DNA of 64,000 bases from Raillietiella orientalis. Its lineage: Eukaryota. A model generated the notes under the pieces. That model saw nothing but the letters and a program-made list of their open reading frames with translations, was not told where the DNA came from and made no database searches. The stretch is from the NCBI GenBank assembly GCA_036172245.1, contig JAYWIR010000065.1, positions 124,001 through 188,000 on the forward strand, given 5' to 3'. Positions 35,901-47,844 of this stretch are shown in pieces; position 1 is the stretch's first letter; the number at the start of each line of letters is the position of its first letter. The translations under genes and the position numbers were made by a program.

Positions 35901-38900
35901 TCATGTATTATTATACAAGTAATAATTTTATGTGTATACAGATGCCTTTCTTGGTTCATCATTTGTATTTACTTAAATGTGCTAAAATTCGCTCATTAGA
36001 ATGTCTTCCAAAAAGATTGCAAGAAAATTTCATTTTTACTTATGATTTTTCAATTCATTTAAAGTACTGTGCATCTTAAAAGATCATTAGAATCGAAAAA
36101 TGATTTTGATTTTTGAATTCCATTAAAAATCTTTTTTTGTGTGTGACAATGTGTCGAGAAATAGATGCCAATTGACAGAAGATGTTGAATTGAAATTATG
36201 GTGGTATTCTGTCAAAGTTGGAAGTCATATTAAGATGCAGTACTCAGCAATTTTGCTACCTGATTTGAGTTTTATTCAAAAGAACTAGGATGGGGCAAAT
36301 ATGAATCAATAAAGAGATGTTCTGTGTTCTTGATAAGTTGGAATATTAGTTTTGCATGAAGTTTAAGGCACTTTAAATATTTGAAAGGAGATACTAATAT
36401 GGTGCATTAATGCCATAATGCTAAGAATATGCATCTTACACTCCACTATTAATCATTAATGGCATCAAGGTACTTTTTCACTGTTATCTCCCCATTTTAT
36501 TTTCTATGGAAATTATCACATATGCTGTCAATTAATGATTACTTAAATTTGTGAAGTGTTTTTCCTTGAAACTGTTCTCATGATCTTCAGGAAAATAAAC
36601 AGTGGTATAATACTGGAGCATAGTTCCCAGATAATTTGAAGTAACAATACTATTCAAATACGAAAAGTTCAGTCTGGTGTTTTCTGTTCTTTTGGTTGTT
36701 CATTCATGCTGTGCGTTTTATATAATAGAATAAGACTTCAAAACATGCTTGAATAATTCTCCTAGTCACTATTATTGCACTGGTTAGAGTATTTCTAATT
36801 AGATATCCATTTAGAGTAACAAAAACTGTAAAAGAAACTATTTACTCACAAATGTACTGTTGCTTAGTTTATGTGAAAGATCCTAGACCGAACTGATTAT
36901 TATTAAAGTATTATTAAAGCATCTACATATTCCAGTGGATGTGCCTCTTACAAGTAATTTTGTGTGTATACACTTTCTTTATCTGTTATATGTAATAGTA
37001 ATACTCATATTGTCTTCATGAAATCATGCTGTGGGACTATGTGGATTAGTTATAAGTGAGCAAATTTGAAGATAAGTGCATAAGACTGGTTTTACAATTG
37101 ATTACTTTTCTGAGAAAGATTTCTAAGATTTTTTTGACTTATAAGTACACTGACCTTGATTTTAATAACTTTTTAATATCAAATGTTTGTGGCATTTTTT
37201 ATTTTTAAGAAAATTTTCTGTTTTGTGACCTGTAGCATATGGATCTTGTGATCATTGCAAGGCTCGACTTTCTACCCTCTTTAAATGAAGTAACTTTTAT
37301 TTTGAATGGGAAATGTTAAAGTATATTTTAATGCTTTTGATATTATTATGGGCATATGATGGCCATATATTATTGGAAATTGTGTTTGTAATTAAATGCC
37401 TTCAATATATGGAACATTTTATTGTATTTGTTTTGTTTTATTAGTTGAGACCTCCACAGCCAGCCTGTTATCTTTTTTTGTTGGATGTTTGTTATAATGC
37501 TGTTGAAACAGGATATTTGGAGATCTTTTGCAAAGAGCTTAGTTCTGCAATCAAAAATCATTTAATTCCTGGCGACAGAAGAACATTAGTTGGCATAATT
37601 ACGTTTGATGACAGACTTCATTTCTATCAAATAGCTGAGAATTTTTGTACTGCACAAATGATGATTGTTTCAGATATTGCTGGTAATTGGATGTTTTATA
37701 TTTTGAAGTGAATGTAATAAATCTTTCGCTTATGTATCGATATTTCAGTCTTACAAACAAAATTCTCACTCTTAATGACTTTGTTTATTTATCTAAGTTT
37801 ATTTCGTCATGTTTCTATTTAATAGTACATGGGAAGAGAATTTCAGAATAGGAAAGTCCAATGCACTATAAGTGCATTGTAATTATTTTTGTCAAAGTAG
37901 GTTATATAATTGATGTTGCTAGTTGAATTACTTAAGAGATAGCATCAATAAATTATAAATAACATGATACTTTTTTTAAATGTTCTAAGTGACAAGAAAA
38001 ATGTGCATTAATGTTCAACAGGCCATTTTTCAAAATCAGGTTTCAAAAGCACGCTAGAAAAATGGTGTTTTACAATTCAGTAGAGTGGAAGCATGGAAGG
38101 ATAGTGTAAACAAACAGAAGGCTTTGTTTCTAACCATTTCTCCATTTTCGGAAATTTAATGAAATAATTCTGGTAGAATTGTGAGAATCCAATAACCACG
38201 TATAAGTTTGGTGCAATTTTCAGCACCAAAACGTAGGTGAATAACTGCCCAGTCATGTATTTAGAGAATTATGTTTTAATGCATCCTGGTTGATTACAAT
38301 GAAGGTGAAATTATAGTGTTTTCTTCATATGCTTCCATATTGAAAAAGTGCTGTATATATAATAATGAAACTTCAAATAGAAAAATACGGGATCATGTTC
38401 GTGTTTAGAATGCAATTTTTATCTTAATTTAGAGTAATATTGCATTTAATTACATTGTATCAATATTTAAACTATTGTAAATGATGTAAATTACACATTT
38501 GTGGATCACTGGGAAGTAAAATTCGTAATTCTAGCAGAGATTTGACAAATTAGTACAGGATACAAAAGAACTGCATGCATCTCTGAATTCTTTTTCTCCA
38601 TCAATTATCACACATTGCTTGAAACTTATGAAATCAACTTGAGTATAACTTACAATGGAATTTTTCGTCTTCCAGAAAACATTTGTTTCAAGAATGATTA
38701 CAAATGAAGTAGAAAATTATAAATTAATAAATTGGTAATCAATAATTTTTTATGTTCAATTTATCGCCTTTTATTTCGGATGTAATGATGGCTGTATGAT
38801 TATGACCATGATCTTATGTTAATGTTTAACGCTCGGATGTTTAACGATGAGAATAATGAATTCCCGTAAATACGTAATTGATGTCTCCTTTTATGACCCC

Positions 38901-41900
38901 AACATTGATGAAAGTTGAAAGTTCCATTCAATAATTTCAGTTTAAAGAATATATTTAAACTGAAATTGAAAAAAATTTCTCACTGCGCATTCATTACTCA
39001 ATCAATCGGTAGCATTTTCAAAGGACAAAGATATATTACATTGAATGTTATAGAGTTATGCCTGAGTCCATAAGGTCTATCTGTAGTTTATTTTTTGGTA
39101 GGGGTTTCTTAAATGAGTCGTTAATTTAGAATATCGTGATTACTTTGAGAAGTGTGGTGTATGTTTAAGGTACAAGTAACTTTTATGATGTTTTTTGTAC
39201 TATATACATTGTATGTCATCACTAGTAAAACTTTGCAGACATTTTTGTTCCACATTATGGAAATCTTCTTGTCAACCTAGAAGAATGTGAACAGCAAATC
39301 CTAGATTTGCTATCGAAGATCCCATCAATGTTTTCAAATACTCATGCAACACAGTCAGCTGTTGGAGCAGCTTTACAGGCCTCCTGCATATTAATGGCAG
39401 TTTTACCTTGGTAATCCTTCAAATCACGTTTGCTCATTTCTAATTTATAGGGTCCTATTGGAGGAAGAGTAACGGTTGTTCTTACATCACTAGCAAACAT
39501 TGGACCAGGAGCACTGACTTTCAGAGATAACCCCAACGCTCGTGATACTGTCGATGTAAAAAACTTGAATCCATCAACTGATTTCTACAAAAAAATAGCA
39601 CTAGATTGTTCCAACCAGCAGATTGCTGTTGACATGTTTGTGCTGGCATCACAACATGTGGATTTGGCTTCATTGTGTAAGGTTTTTATGCATTTACATG
39701 TTACTTCTTTTGATCTTCAAATTTTTGTTGCAACAAGTTCCAACTGAGAGGAATTTCTTTCATGTTAATTGCAGTAGCAGTAGAAATAAAAATGGCATGA
39801 AATTCTATCATTGGAATTTTCAAATTCCCGTTTTTATGAAAAAGTTTCAGAGTGATTCTTGCAAGATGAATTGAATTGTCCTCCAGTTCAGTTCAAGAAA
39901 TGAATTGTCTAGTTGTTAGTGTGTTTGACCAAAGGTTGTAAAATGATTAATAGGTACATGATTCTAAAGATAAGCTACGCATGAATGATTTTTATCAAAA
40001 TTTTTAGTTTTCTGAGTATTACTGATTGAAAGAGTTTGAATAAGTGCTTTTCTAAATGCCACATTTGAAGCTTTCGTTTTTGAAGGTGGTTTAGGAATTT
40101 GGCTGATGTTGCATCAGAAAACCTAGTGCATCTTTTCTCATTAAAGAAAAGTGGCCATAAAAGTGTCTTTCTAACTAAAGTTCTCATCTGAAATACAAAG
40201 CTGTGTTTTTTTAATAAAATGACAGCGTATCTGATTAATTTTTATTTTAGCGGTTGCATCCAAATTTTCTGCAGGGTGTGTATACTATTATCCAACCTTC
40301 CATGTTACACGGAATCCATTCGAGACTGAACGCTTCAGAAGGGATCTGCAAAGATATCTTACTCGTTCGATAGGATTTGAAGCTGTTATGCGTGTACGGT
40401 GTACAAAGTATGGCATTTTTTTTTCTATAGAAAAGAAGCAAAGTTTGTGTATAGAGGCGTATCTATTAACACGTTCCATGGCAATCTTTTTGTAAGATCG
40501 ACAGATCTTTTAACTTTGCCAAATATCAATGAAGATTCAGGATTTGGCATGCAGCTTACCTTGGAAGATTCTTTATCTGATCTTAGTGCCTGTTGTTTCC
40601 AAGCAGCACTTCTTTACACTTCTAGCAAAGGTAGTTCTAATTAAGTAATAAATGATGGTTTCCACATATTGTTCGATACCAAGGTGAACGGCGCATTCGA
40701 GTTCATACACTGTGTGTTCCAGTAACAGGAGATATCAATGCTGTCTTCTCTGGAGCAGATCAGCAGTGCATTATTGGACTGATGGCGAAAATGGGTAAGT
40801 TATACCAAGTTTATTACAAGTAATATTTTTCCACAGCTGTAGACCGTTCTTTGAGTGAATCCATTTTGGATGCTAGAGATGCATATGTTAATGCAGCTAT
40901 AGATTGTCTTTCTGCCTTTAAATCTACCCAGCTGTCCATTTCCGGAAATTCCGGAATTTGGACATGCAGTTCATTAAGGCTTATTCCTTTGTATATTTTG
41001 GCACTGCTTAAGAGCGTAAGTACACTGCAATAATTATCACCCATTACAGATTAATTAGCTTGCTTTTCGTGTGGGCACAAGTACACGGCTTGACGAACGA
41101 GTGTATCATATGAGTTTGATGAAGACATTGCCTCTTTCTATGCTGCTTCTACTAATATACCCACGCATGTATCCAATACATAAATTACTTGAAAATCCAG
41201 AAGCAGAGATTGTGCAAGTCCAGTTATCTTCAGAAAAACTTGATACAGATGGAGTTTATTTATTGGAATCTTTTAATTATCTTTATGTGTATGTTTGCAA
41301 GGCTGTGAATTCAGTTTTCTGCCAGAAAGTATTTGATTGTGCAAATTTTGAGTCTATTCCAGAAAGCAGGGTAATGTATACTTTTTATTTGCAAATAAGT
41401 AACCAATTTCTCAACGACTGATTCATTTTAAGCTAATGTGTAGTATATTATAAGCTTCATGTGTCCAGAATTTAATAATTAATTTCGGATTTTTTGATGT
41501 AAATGGAAACCACAAAAATGAAGCATTTCATATCAACAGTAACTGCTTGTATTCACTTGAACTCGTAATGGTTATTAACCATCGCCCTCAGTCATTTTCG
41601 TAGACCTATCGCCAGTTTTAATGGTCATTAAACAAATATAAAATATTCATGAAAGCAGGTCGCAGTTTTGATCAGTGAAAGCTTTCTTCTGTACAACCTG
41701 CTTTCTTTGTTAATGTTGGCAAAAATGTATAAGCGAGTAAGCAAAACATTACATACGCATTATGTAATGTTTGGCAATTTCTGCCTAGAATTTTTCGTGC
41801 ATGATGTTTTTTTTTTTTTTTCTTTTTAAAACAGATTGAGCTGCCAGAACTGGAGAACCCAGTGTCACTCAGTTTGCGTACTTTTATTCGGAAAATTTGT

Positions 41901-42111
41901 TCGAATAGACCCAGTGTTCCAGTTCTAAGAGTTGTGAGGTAGTTTTAGAAATGAACCATGTTAAGATTCTGGCCGTAAACTTCGCCCTCATTCCAGATCA
42001 GATTCCCCGCTGAAGGATCAAGTGATGCATTTACTGGTAGACGACAGGATAAACGGGCATAGCATATCGTACATGGAGTTTCTTCAGAAGTTGAAATCTC
42101 AGATGAACTAA
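32918..42111 (+). CDS. SEC24: COPII coat cargo adaptor Sec24 (Sec24A/B class)
   Basis: Exons 32918-33988 (Ser/Pro-rich), 34768-34874, 34939-35041, 35202-35328 (zinc finger VRCRSCRSYINPY..WKCNIC), 35372-35481, 37445-37682 (LRPPQPACYLFLLDV), 39239-~39396, 39451-39676, 40251-40407 (RYLTRSIGFEAVMRVRC), 40455-40630 (FHGNLFVRSTDLL), 40684-40794, 40837-41015, 41059-41370, 41835-41938, 41997-42111 (LVDDR..SYMEFLQKL*). Confidence 0.95.
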
Positions 42112-42419
42112 TAATAACCGATGAGCTAATCAATTGATAGTAATAGAAATATTCAACATTATAGAGAATTCCGTTTACAAAACGGCATTGTGCTTTGTTT
42201 TAAACTATGCTGATATGGAAACACAAAATAATTCGCAAGCTCAAGGTAATTATCCAAAGTATGTCAATTTGCGGCTAGCGTCCATACTGGGTAGCAAAGC
42301 GAATCGAACCTATTGTTGCGTGCACCGAGTGCTTATAAAGCAGAGTTCACTCTATTTTCTTGTACGATTTTTTTAATGTACTTTTCGCATTGCGCTTTTC
42401 GAAATGAGAATACCAAGAA

Positions 42420-42848
42420 ATGGATCACATTTACCAGAACTTGGACGATAACCTCAGAGGTGCTAGTCGTCTCTTGGAAATATCAAGAGAACTAAGAACC
42501 AAGTCTGAAGATGTCGAAATGTATGGCAACAGTCTCCTCCTCCACGCTCAGAAGATTATCAAGCGTGCCGAGCAATTCAAAATAATCAGCAAGCAGTTGC
42601 TCGGAGTGTCCATGGACATGATACAGAATGTGGGAGGGAACAAATCGTTCAAGTCAAATGGTGAAATCTGCATCTTCGACGTATTCCCCGACCTGAAAAA
42701 CAGATTCGAGGCGTACATGCACTTGATTAATAGCGAGTACGCCAGTCTCGGATATGTGTTAGATGGAAACGGACATCCGGTGGAAAGTACGCGGACTTCC
42801 AAAGGCAGTCCGGAAGATGGTGCTCATTTTTCTCTTCCTTTCAATTGA
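42420..42848 (+). CDS. Intronless 142-aa hypothetical protein with helical/coiled-coil-like N-terminus
   Basis: ATG-initiated clean ORF with protein-like composition, GC/CpG higher than neighbouring introns, ~310 nt after the Sec24 stop. Confidence 0.55.
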   Translation: MDHIYQNLDDNLRGASRLLEISRELRTKSEDVEMYGNSLLLHAQKIIKRAEQFKIISKQLLGVSMDMIQNVGGNKSFKSNGEICIFDVFPDLKNRFEAYMHLINSEYASLGYVLDGNGHPVESTRTSKGSPEDGAHFSLPFN

Positions 42849-44255
42849 TTACCCTTCTGAAGTGATCTCGTGGTAATGGAAATAAATTTGCCGGTTAAAA
42901 TACAGAAGTAAATCCATCCAAAAAAAATCTCACGGGCCTTTAATTCTTCAGGCTCCTTAAGCTTTGTTTGGTGATGTACTTTGAAAGGCAAAAGCGAAAG
43001 ACTGCATTCCATTGGTACGGTGATCTTCGGATGCTCCGAAAAAAGCTGTAGGAGATGAATTCACGGGAGACGAGAAAGATCTTCTCGAAACGCAACAAAT
43101 GACTGATGTGCTTTAACCCAAAGTTTCTCAAAGCTCGTAAAGAAGATTGCCAGTGGATCTCTCGAAATGAGTTACTGATAACACGTTTTCTTTCATTGCT
43201 TTCCACTTGACTTTTTTGGCGAATCTGTCCCAATCTTCTGTATATGTTTTTTGGGACAGTGTTGAAGACCATGCATATTAAATAAATATGGATTATTCTA
43301 CGAATTATTTCACCTGGCATGAAATGCATGAATCGCTGGTACCATGTGCACGTGCAAGCATGCGTTCTGTGGTGCTAAAAGATCAGAAGCATTTGAAATC
43401 CACGTTGTAATCGATGGTTGTAGGCGATCTCTGCAAAGGCGACACTATGAATGATTGAATTTTACTCAGGAGGACCGAGAGGAGAGTGGACCCATCTGGA
43501 TCCTTTTGATGCTTTGCAATGCGGTTGTAATGTCTACTTTGCGGTTCTCGTGAAACTTGGCAGGACTTGGAACAAAAGTGCACTAAAGTGCTCATCGGAA
43601 ATTTAGACGAAATTTTTACCCAACATGTAATTGTTATTAGAAGCAAAAGTAAAGTGTGTACCTTATTTTAATTTCAAAGTTTGTTTAGCGTGAAAGTTCT
43701 CTCGAGAGTTGGGCTGTTACTTGTCCAAGTTGAAAAGGGGTTTCAAAATTTAGTTTCAAGAAAGTCGGCATACTCACATCTTGTGAATATCCTTTTTCCT
43801 TGACCTCCACTGAATGAAAAATAAAATCTTTGAATCTTGAACCTCTGAAGTTTTGTGATTTCAGTGGGGTTGACGCTATGTTTTTTCTAATGATATAAAA
43901 TCTCAAGCTTTTGTTGTGGTAAGGCTTTATAAATTCACAAAGTTTTTTGTACACGTCAAAGTCACGGCACTTGTTTGCGTTCATCCCACGATTCGTTAAT
44001 AAATCTGGAGCATAATTTTCAGAGTGCGACCATTCATGTTTTTTTTTGTGTGTTTTGGAAGTTTAGTATTAGTTTTTCACATCAGAAGTATATAATCTTT
44101 GATGGCATGTTATCTGGAACTCTTGGTGTCTTTAAAGAAAAATTTTTGAAGATTTTTTTTGTTAACAAAAGTACAACAGTGTTACTGACATTAAACACAT
44201 CTGAGAATCTCAAGCCATTGGGGGAAGAAACGTTTTCCCATGTCAAGACGCAGTA

Positions 44256-44325
44256 ATATGCAACAGTGTACATAGCATGGCATAGTAGTATATATGCAAC
44301 AGTGCACATAGCATGGCATTGCATC
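44256..44325. repeat. 36-bp tandem duplication (~2 copies)
   Basis: atatgcaacagtg(t/c)acatagcatggcat begins at 44256 and 44292. Confidence 0.9.
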
Positions 44326-44699
44326 TATGTGTGTAGCATGTGTATGATTATGGGTGCTACAGGCTATTCTGCTTTGTTATATACACGTGATATGAATTCT
44401 TGGTAAACAAGTCCACAGTGCAGTGCCGTTTACAACTTTGGTGTTAGCAGTGTCTTCGATGTTGCATAACGTTCGTGTACACACAAACAGCTTCCATTTT
44501 GGCGTCCCAGGATTTCTTCATTCCTGTGTTAGCCACACTTATAAAAGGGAATTGTTTCCCTAATCCCACAGTGGGTGGGGTAAGTTTATTTCCATTCATT
44601 CTACAATCATATTCATCGTAAAGGCATTGGCATATTTAACAAATACTTTCAGTTTCATTTGTGAGAGTTATTTCACTAAGATCTGCACCGAGGGTGGGG

Positions 44700-45116
44700 T
44701 CTGGGCAATGTGTGTGCCTGGACGGTATCCTCAATCCTTTTCAGGATATATCGGTATGTCCAGGCCGGCACTCATCCACATTTCCTTATTCCGATTTCCC
44801 TTTTAATGATCCTTTTCAGGATTTCCATTAGGGGCATGGCTCTTCCGGCGTTCTTCATTTTCCACCACCGTATGATGGTTGCGGCGATGAATTCGCCATT
44901 GGGTTGTATAGGGGAGCGTTTCTGCTTCCCTGGAACATCCCGGCTAAGACTTCCATCTTCGAGGTGTTGGGCAGCTCCATGATCCTTTTCAGGGCCTGCC
45001 AGTCCTGGTGCATCGTGGGACACGTCAGGACATGAAGTCTTGTGTCGGTCACCACATTCCTTGTAATCTGCATCTTCTCTTTTCCCTGTGTAGTGTTTCC
45101 AACTGGACCCACTCAT
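44700..45116 (-). mobile_element. GC-rich decayed coding island, possibly retroelement- or virus-derived
   Basis: Overlapping minus-strand ORFs; KECGDRHKTSC Cys/His motif; atccttttcagg occurs three times (~44734, ~44809, ~44982). Confidence 0.3.
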
Positions 45117-46928
45117 GATTCCTCCGTGATAAAATATCAGGTTATCCTGTGAGTTATAAAAGGGATTTTTTTATGCAGGAAAAATTAAATGCCATGTATA
45201 AAGCAGCAATAACCCATTACAAAACAACAATCTATGTCCAGCATAAATACTGAAATCGGTTTTAGATTTAATGAATGAACTCTAATGTACCCTTAAATTC
45301 AAAATAACTATATAGAATAGATTAACACGAACATTATTTTAAATAACTTGTCTAACTGAGGTAATGGAATATATCTTTTTTTTTCCTCAGCAATTATATT
45401 GCAAAAAGTGATCACGCAAGGTGACTGGTGACTCCCCTAAATTCTTCTAATTACATCTCTTTTTCCTATCTGACTCAAATACAAGGAACTTGAATGTGTA
45501 TCTTCTCTGTGAAGCTGTAGCATTCTTTTCTGATTTTTTTTTCAAACCATCGCGAAGGTTTTTGAAAAAATCGGTTATGAAAGAATTACAGTATCTGGGC
45601 TGAGCATTTGAAGCTTACTAAACTCAAATATGTAGACATGATTTAAAGCTTACAAATGAACTTAAAACAGTTACTAACATGTGACAAACAATATTGTTCA
45701 TTCCATGGATAGTTCACTACAAAAAACATGCAGGCTCACTAATTTATTTTTGTTTTCCAAGCATCCACGAATGAAATCCTACTTTTTTTCATTCATCTAG
45801 GTGCTTTTAAGGAATTTAAATAACTCTGGTATAGAAAACCTGCTAATTTTGTTTCCTTTTTTAATTTGTGAGTTATGTATGTGGATTTGTCTGTTAACAA
45901 GTAAAAATTTAGAATGCGACAGCTGTAATAAATTGAAATTTTTGTTTTCTCTATATGCAGAAAATTTATCGTGGATTTCGATGAAAAGTTCAATAAAGAC
46001 CTGAAAACGTGCTATATTTCTTTGGTTGTTACGAATGAAGTCACATTTACTCAGTGTAAATGAGTTTATGTAGAATTTTCTATAAATGCCATGAGTGCAC
46101 TAACAGCACTGTGTATGATATATTTCAACTATTTAAAAGCATTCCTTCAACTTGATCTAAAAATTATTTCGAATGTTATTCGAAACATGAAAGTAAGGCA
46201 AGTAAGGCATATTTATGAAATTCTTCTGTACCTCACTAGAGGGAATAAAGAAGAAAGAGAAAGTAAAAATTCAATAAATCATTCGTAATAAAATTATTGC
46301 AAGGTTATTTTATTATTATAAATTTGACCATGTTGAAAAAGAAAGTGAAAGCTATGGTAACACCAATGTCTCACAAGGAAAATACGTTAAAAGCACAATT
46401 CCTGTATAAATTGATTTGAACCGGTTGAATTTGTAGATTGTTCAGAAAAGTAGCGAGGAATGCTCAAGTTCTTGGATCAAACTCTCTCAGCGAATTCCCA
46501 TGCATCGTTATATTGTTTTACATGTACACTTAAATTGCTAAATACTCAACGAAATGCAAGAGTTGGAGTATGCCTACTGTACAAGTCGTATTCGCTCTGA
46601 AGTTTTAAAATGTCTCTCTCAGAAGGCTTCCCTTTCGAAAGAAATGTATGTTCATACTTTTACCCAGAAGTGTGCAATCCAATATAAGCTCGGAAGCATC
46701 GGAGCTCTGTAAGGATAAATGTGTGAATGCAAGAATGTGCTCTTTAACCTCGAATGTCTTCTATGAAGTGATTTTCTCGTCATTTTACATGATATAATGT
46801 AAAAATTTATTATGTAAGGGAGTGTGTAAAAATTTTATGAATGACATTCTTAAATGTTGCATGATACCACGACTAAACTGACTTCTTTTCGACATTATAT
46901 CAGTGTTCTCCTGGAACAAAACAAGTAA

Positions 46929-47647
46929 ATGCCTCCGAAAGATAGAACTAATAGTCAGTTTGTGAAAGATCAGCAAGAGCATAGGCGAAACGAAGCGAAG
47001 CATACGACAGTCATCACTAAGAAAGTATCATTGCCGTCAGTTTCAACGAATGACACAGTAAAGAATACATTGGTTTGTAAAAATCGTCGGGAATATCGGA
47101 ATGCAAAATGTATAGGAAAATCAGTTGACGAGTCTAAACAAAAAACTCGTGAGCCAGATTTTCCTGGTTCCAGCTCATATTTTTTGGCTGCTGTTAATAA
47201 AGTTGCCACACTTAGCTCTCAAAATATCAGGACAAAAGTGCAGGATTTGCTTAAGGAAAATGATGTCAAACTTAACAGAGAGGTACATGAATATCTTGTT
47301 CCTAAAACAGAATAATGGTTTGCTTCCAGGCAAGTAAGACATTAAACTTTGCACGCCATGAGACATTATTCAAAAGCACAATTCCATTGCATTTTGATAC
47401 AAATGAAGTAGTAAAGACAGCCGAAGATCGCCTTAAATTGCTTAATCTCAAAAGTAGAGTTGCTTCTGCTTCTCTCAAAAAGGATCCCATACCAAATCTA
47501 ATGGATAGATATGTAAATCATAGCAGGGAATACTTTGTTTTAGATCCTCCTGTAAAAGTTCCACATACCTTAGAAGTTGCTGTTGTTGATGATGATAATA
47601 TTTGTGATATCTATGAAAGAAACAAAAACTTTGGAAAGTACGGTTGA
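46929..47647 (+). CDS. PPP1R35/Rcd4-like centriolar protein (2 exons, 223 aa)
   Basis: A 47-nt phase-0 GT-AG intron (47283-47329) joins two listed ORFs: ..KVQDLLKENDVKLNRE|ASKTLNFARHETLFKSTIPLHFDTNEVVKTAEDRLKLL..PIPNLMD..DIYERNKNF. This parallels the PPP1R35 C-terminal domain as I recall it (LNV....LFRDLVSLQVPEEQV....EKLALL). Confidence 0.68.
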
Positions 47648-47844
47648 TACAAATCACTGAGATTTTTAGCATTCTGAATGAACTTGATGTCTTTTTAAAT
47701 AGGAAATTAAATTTTACTCAGTAGTTATGTGAATGTTTTTATGTGGGTACCCATGTAAAAGTTGTGAATGTGTGCACCATGAAAAAGCAGACAGTAAATT
47801 ATTGTACAACAAATACATCATTTGTTAGTATGTTATGCTCACAG

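Noticed and set aside
38933..38967. 14-bp inverted repeat in a Sec24 intron
   Set aside because: Almost all A/T in very AT-rich DNA, with no other supporting feature
40940..40956. ttccggaa-a-ttccggaa palindrome/duplication
   Set aside because: Short, and lies within Sec24 coding sequence (ISGNSGI)
41945..42133. Minus-strand ORF with CTIC, RING-like
   Set aside because: Antisense shadow of the final Sec24 exon (41997-42111)
47313..47317. TAATG stop-start overlap suggesting translational reinitiation
   Set aside because: Falls inside a GT-AG intron (47283-47329) whose removal fuses the two ORFs in frame
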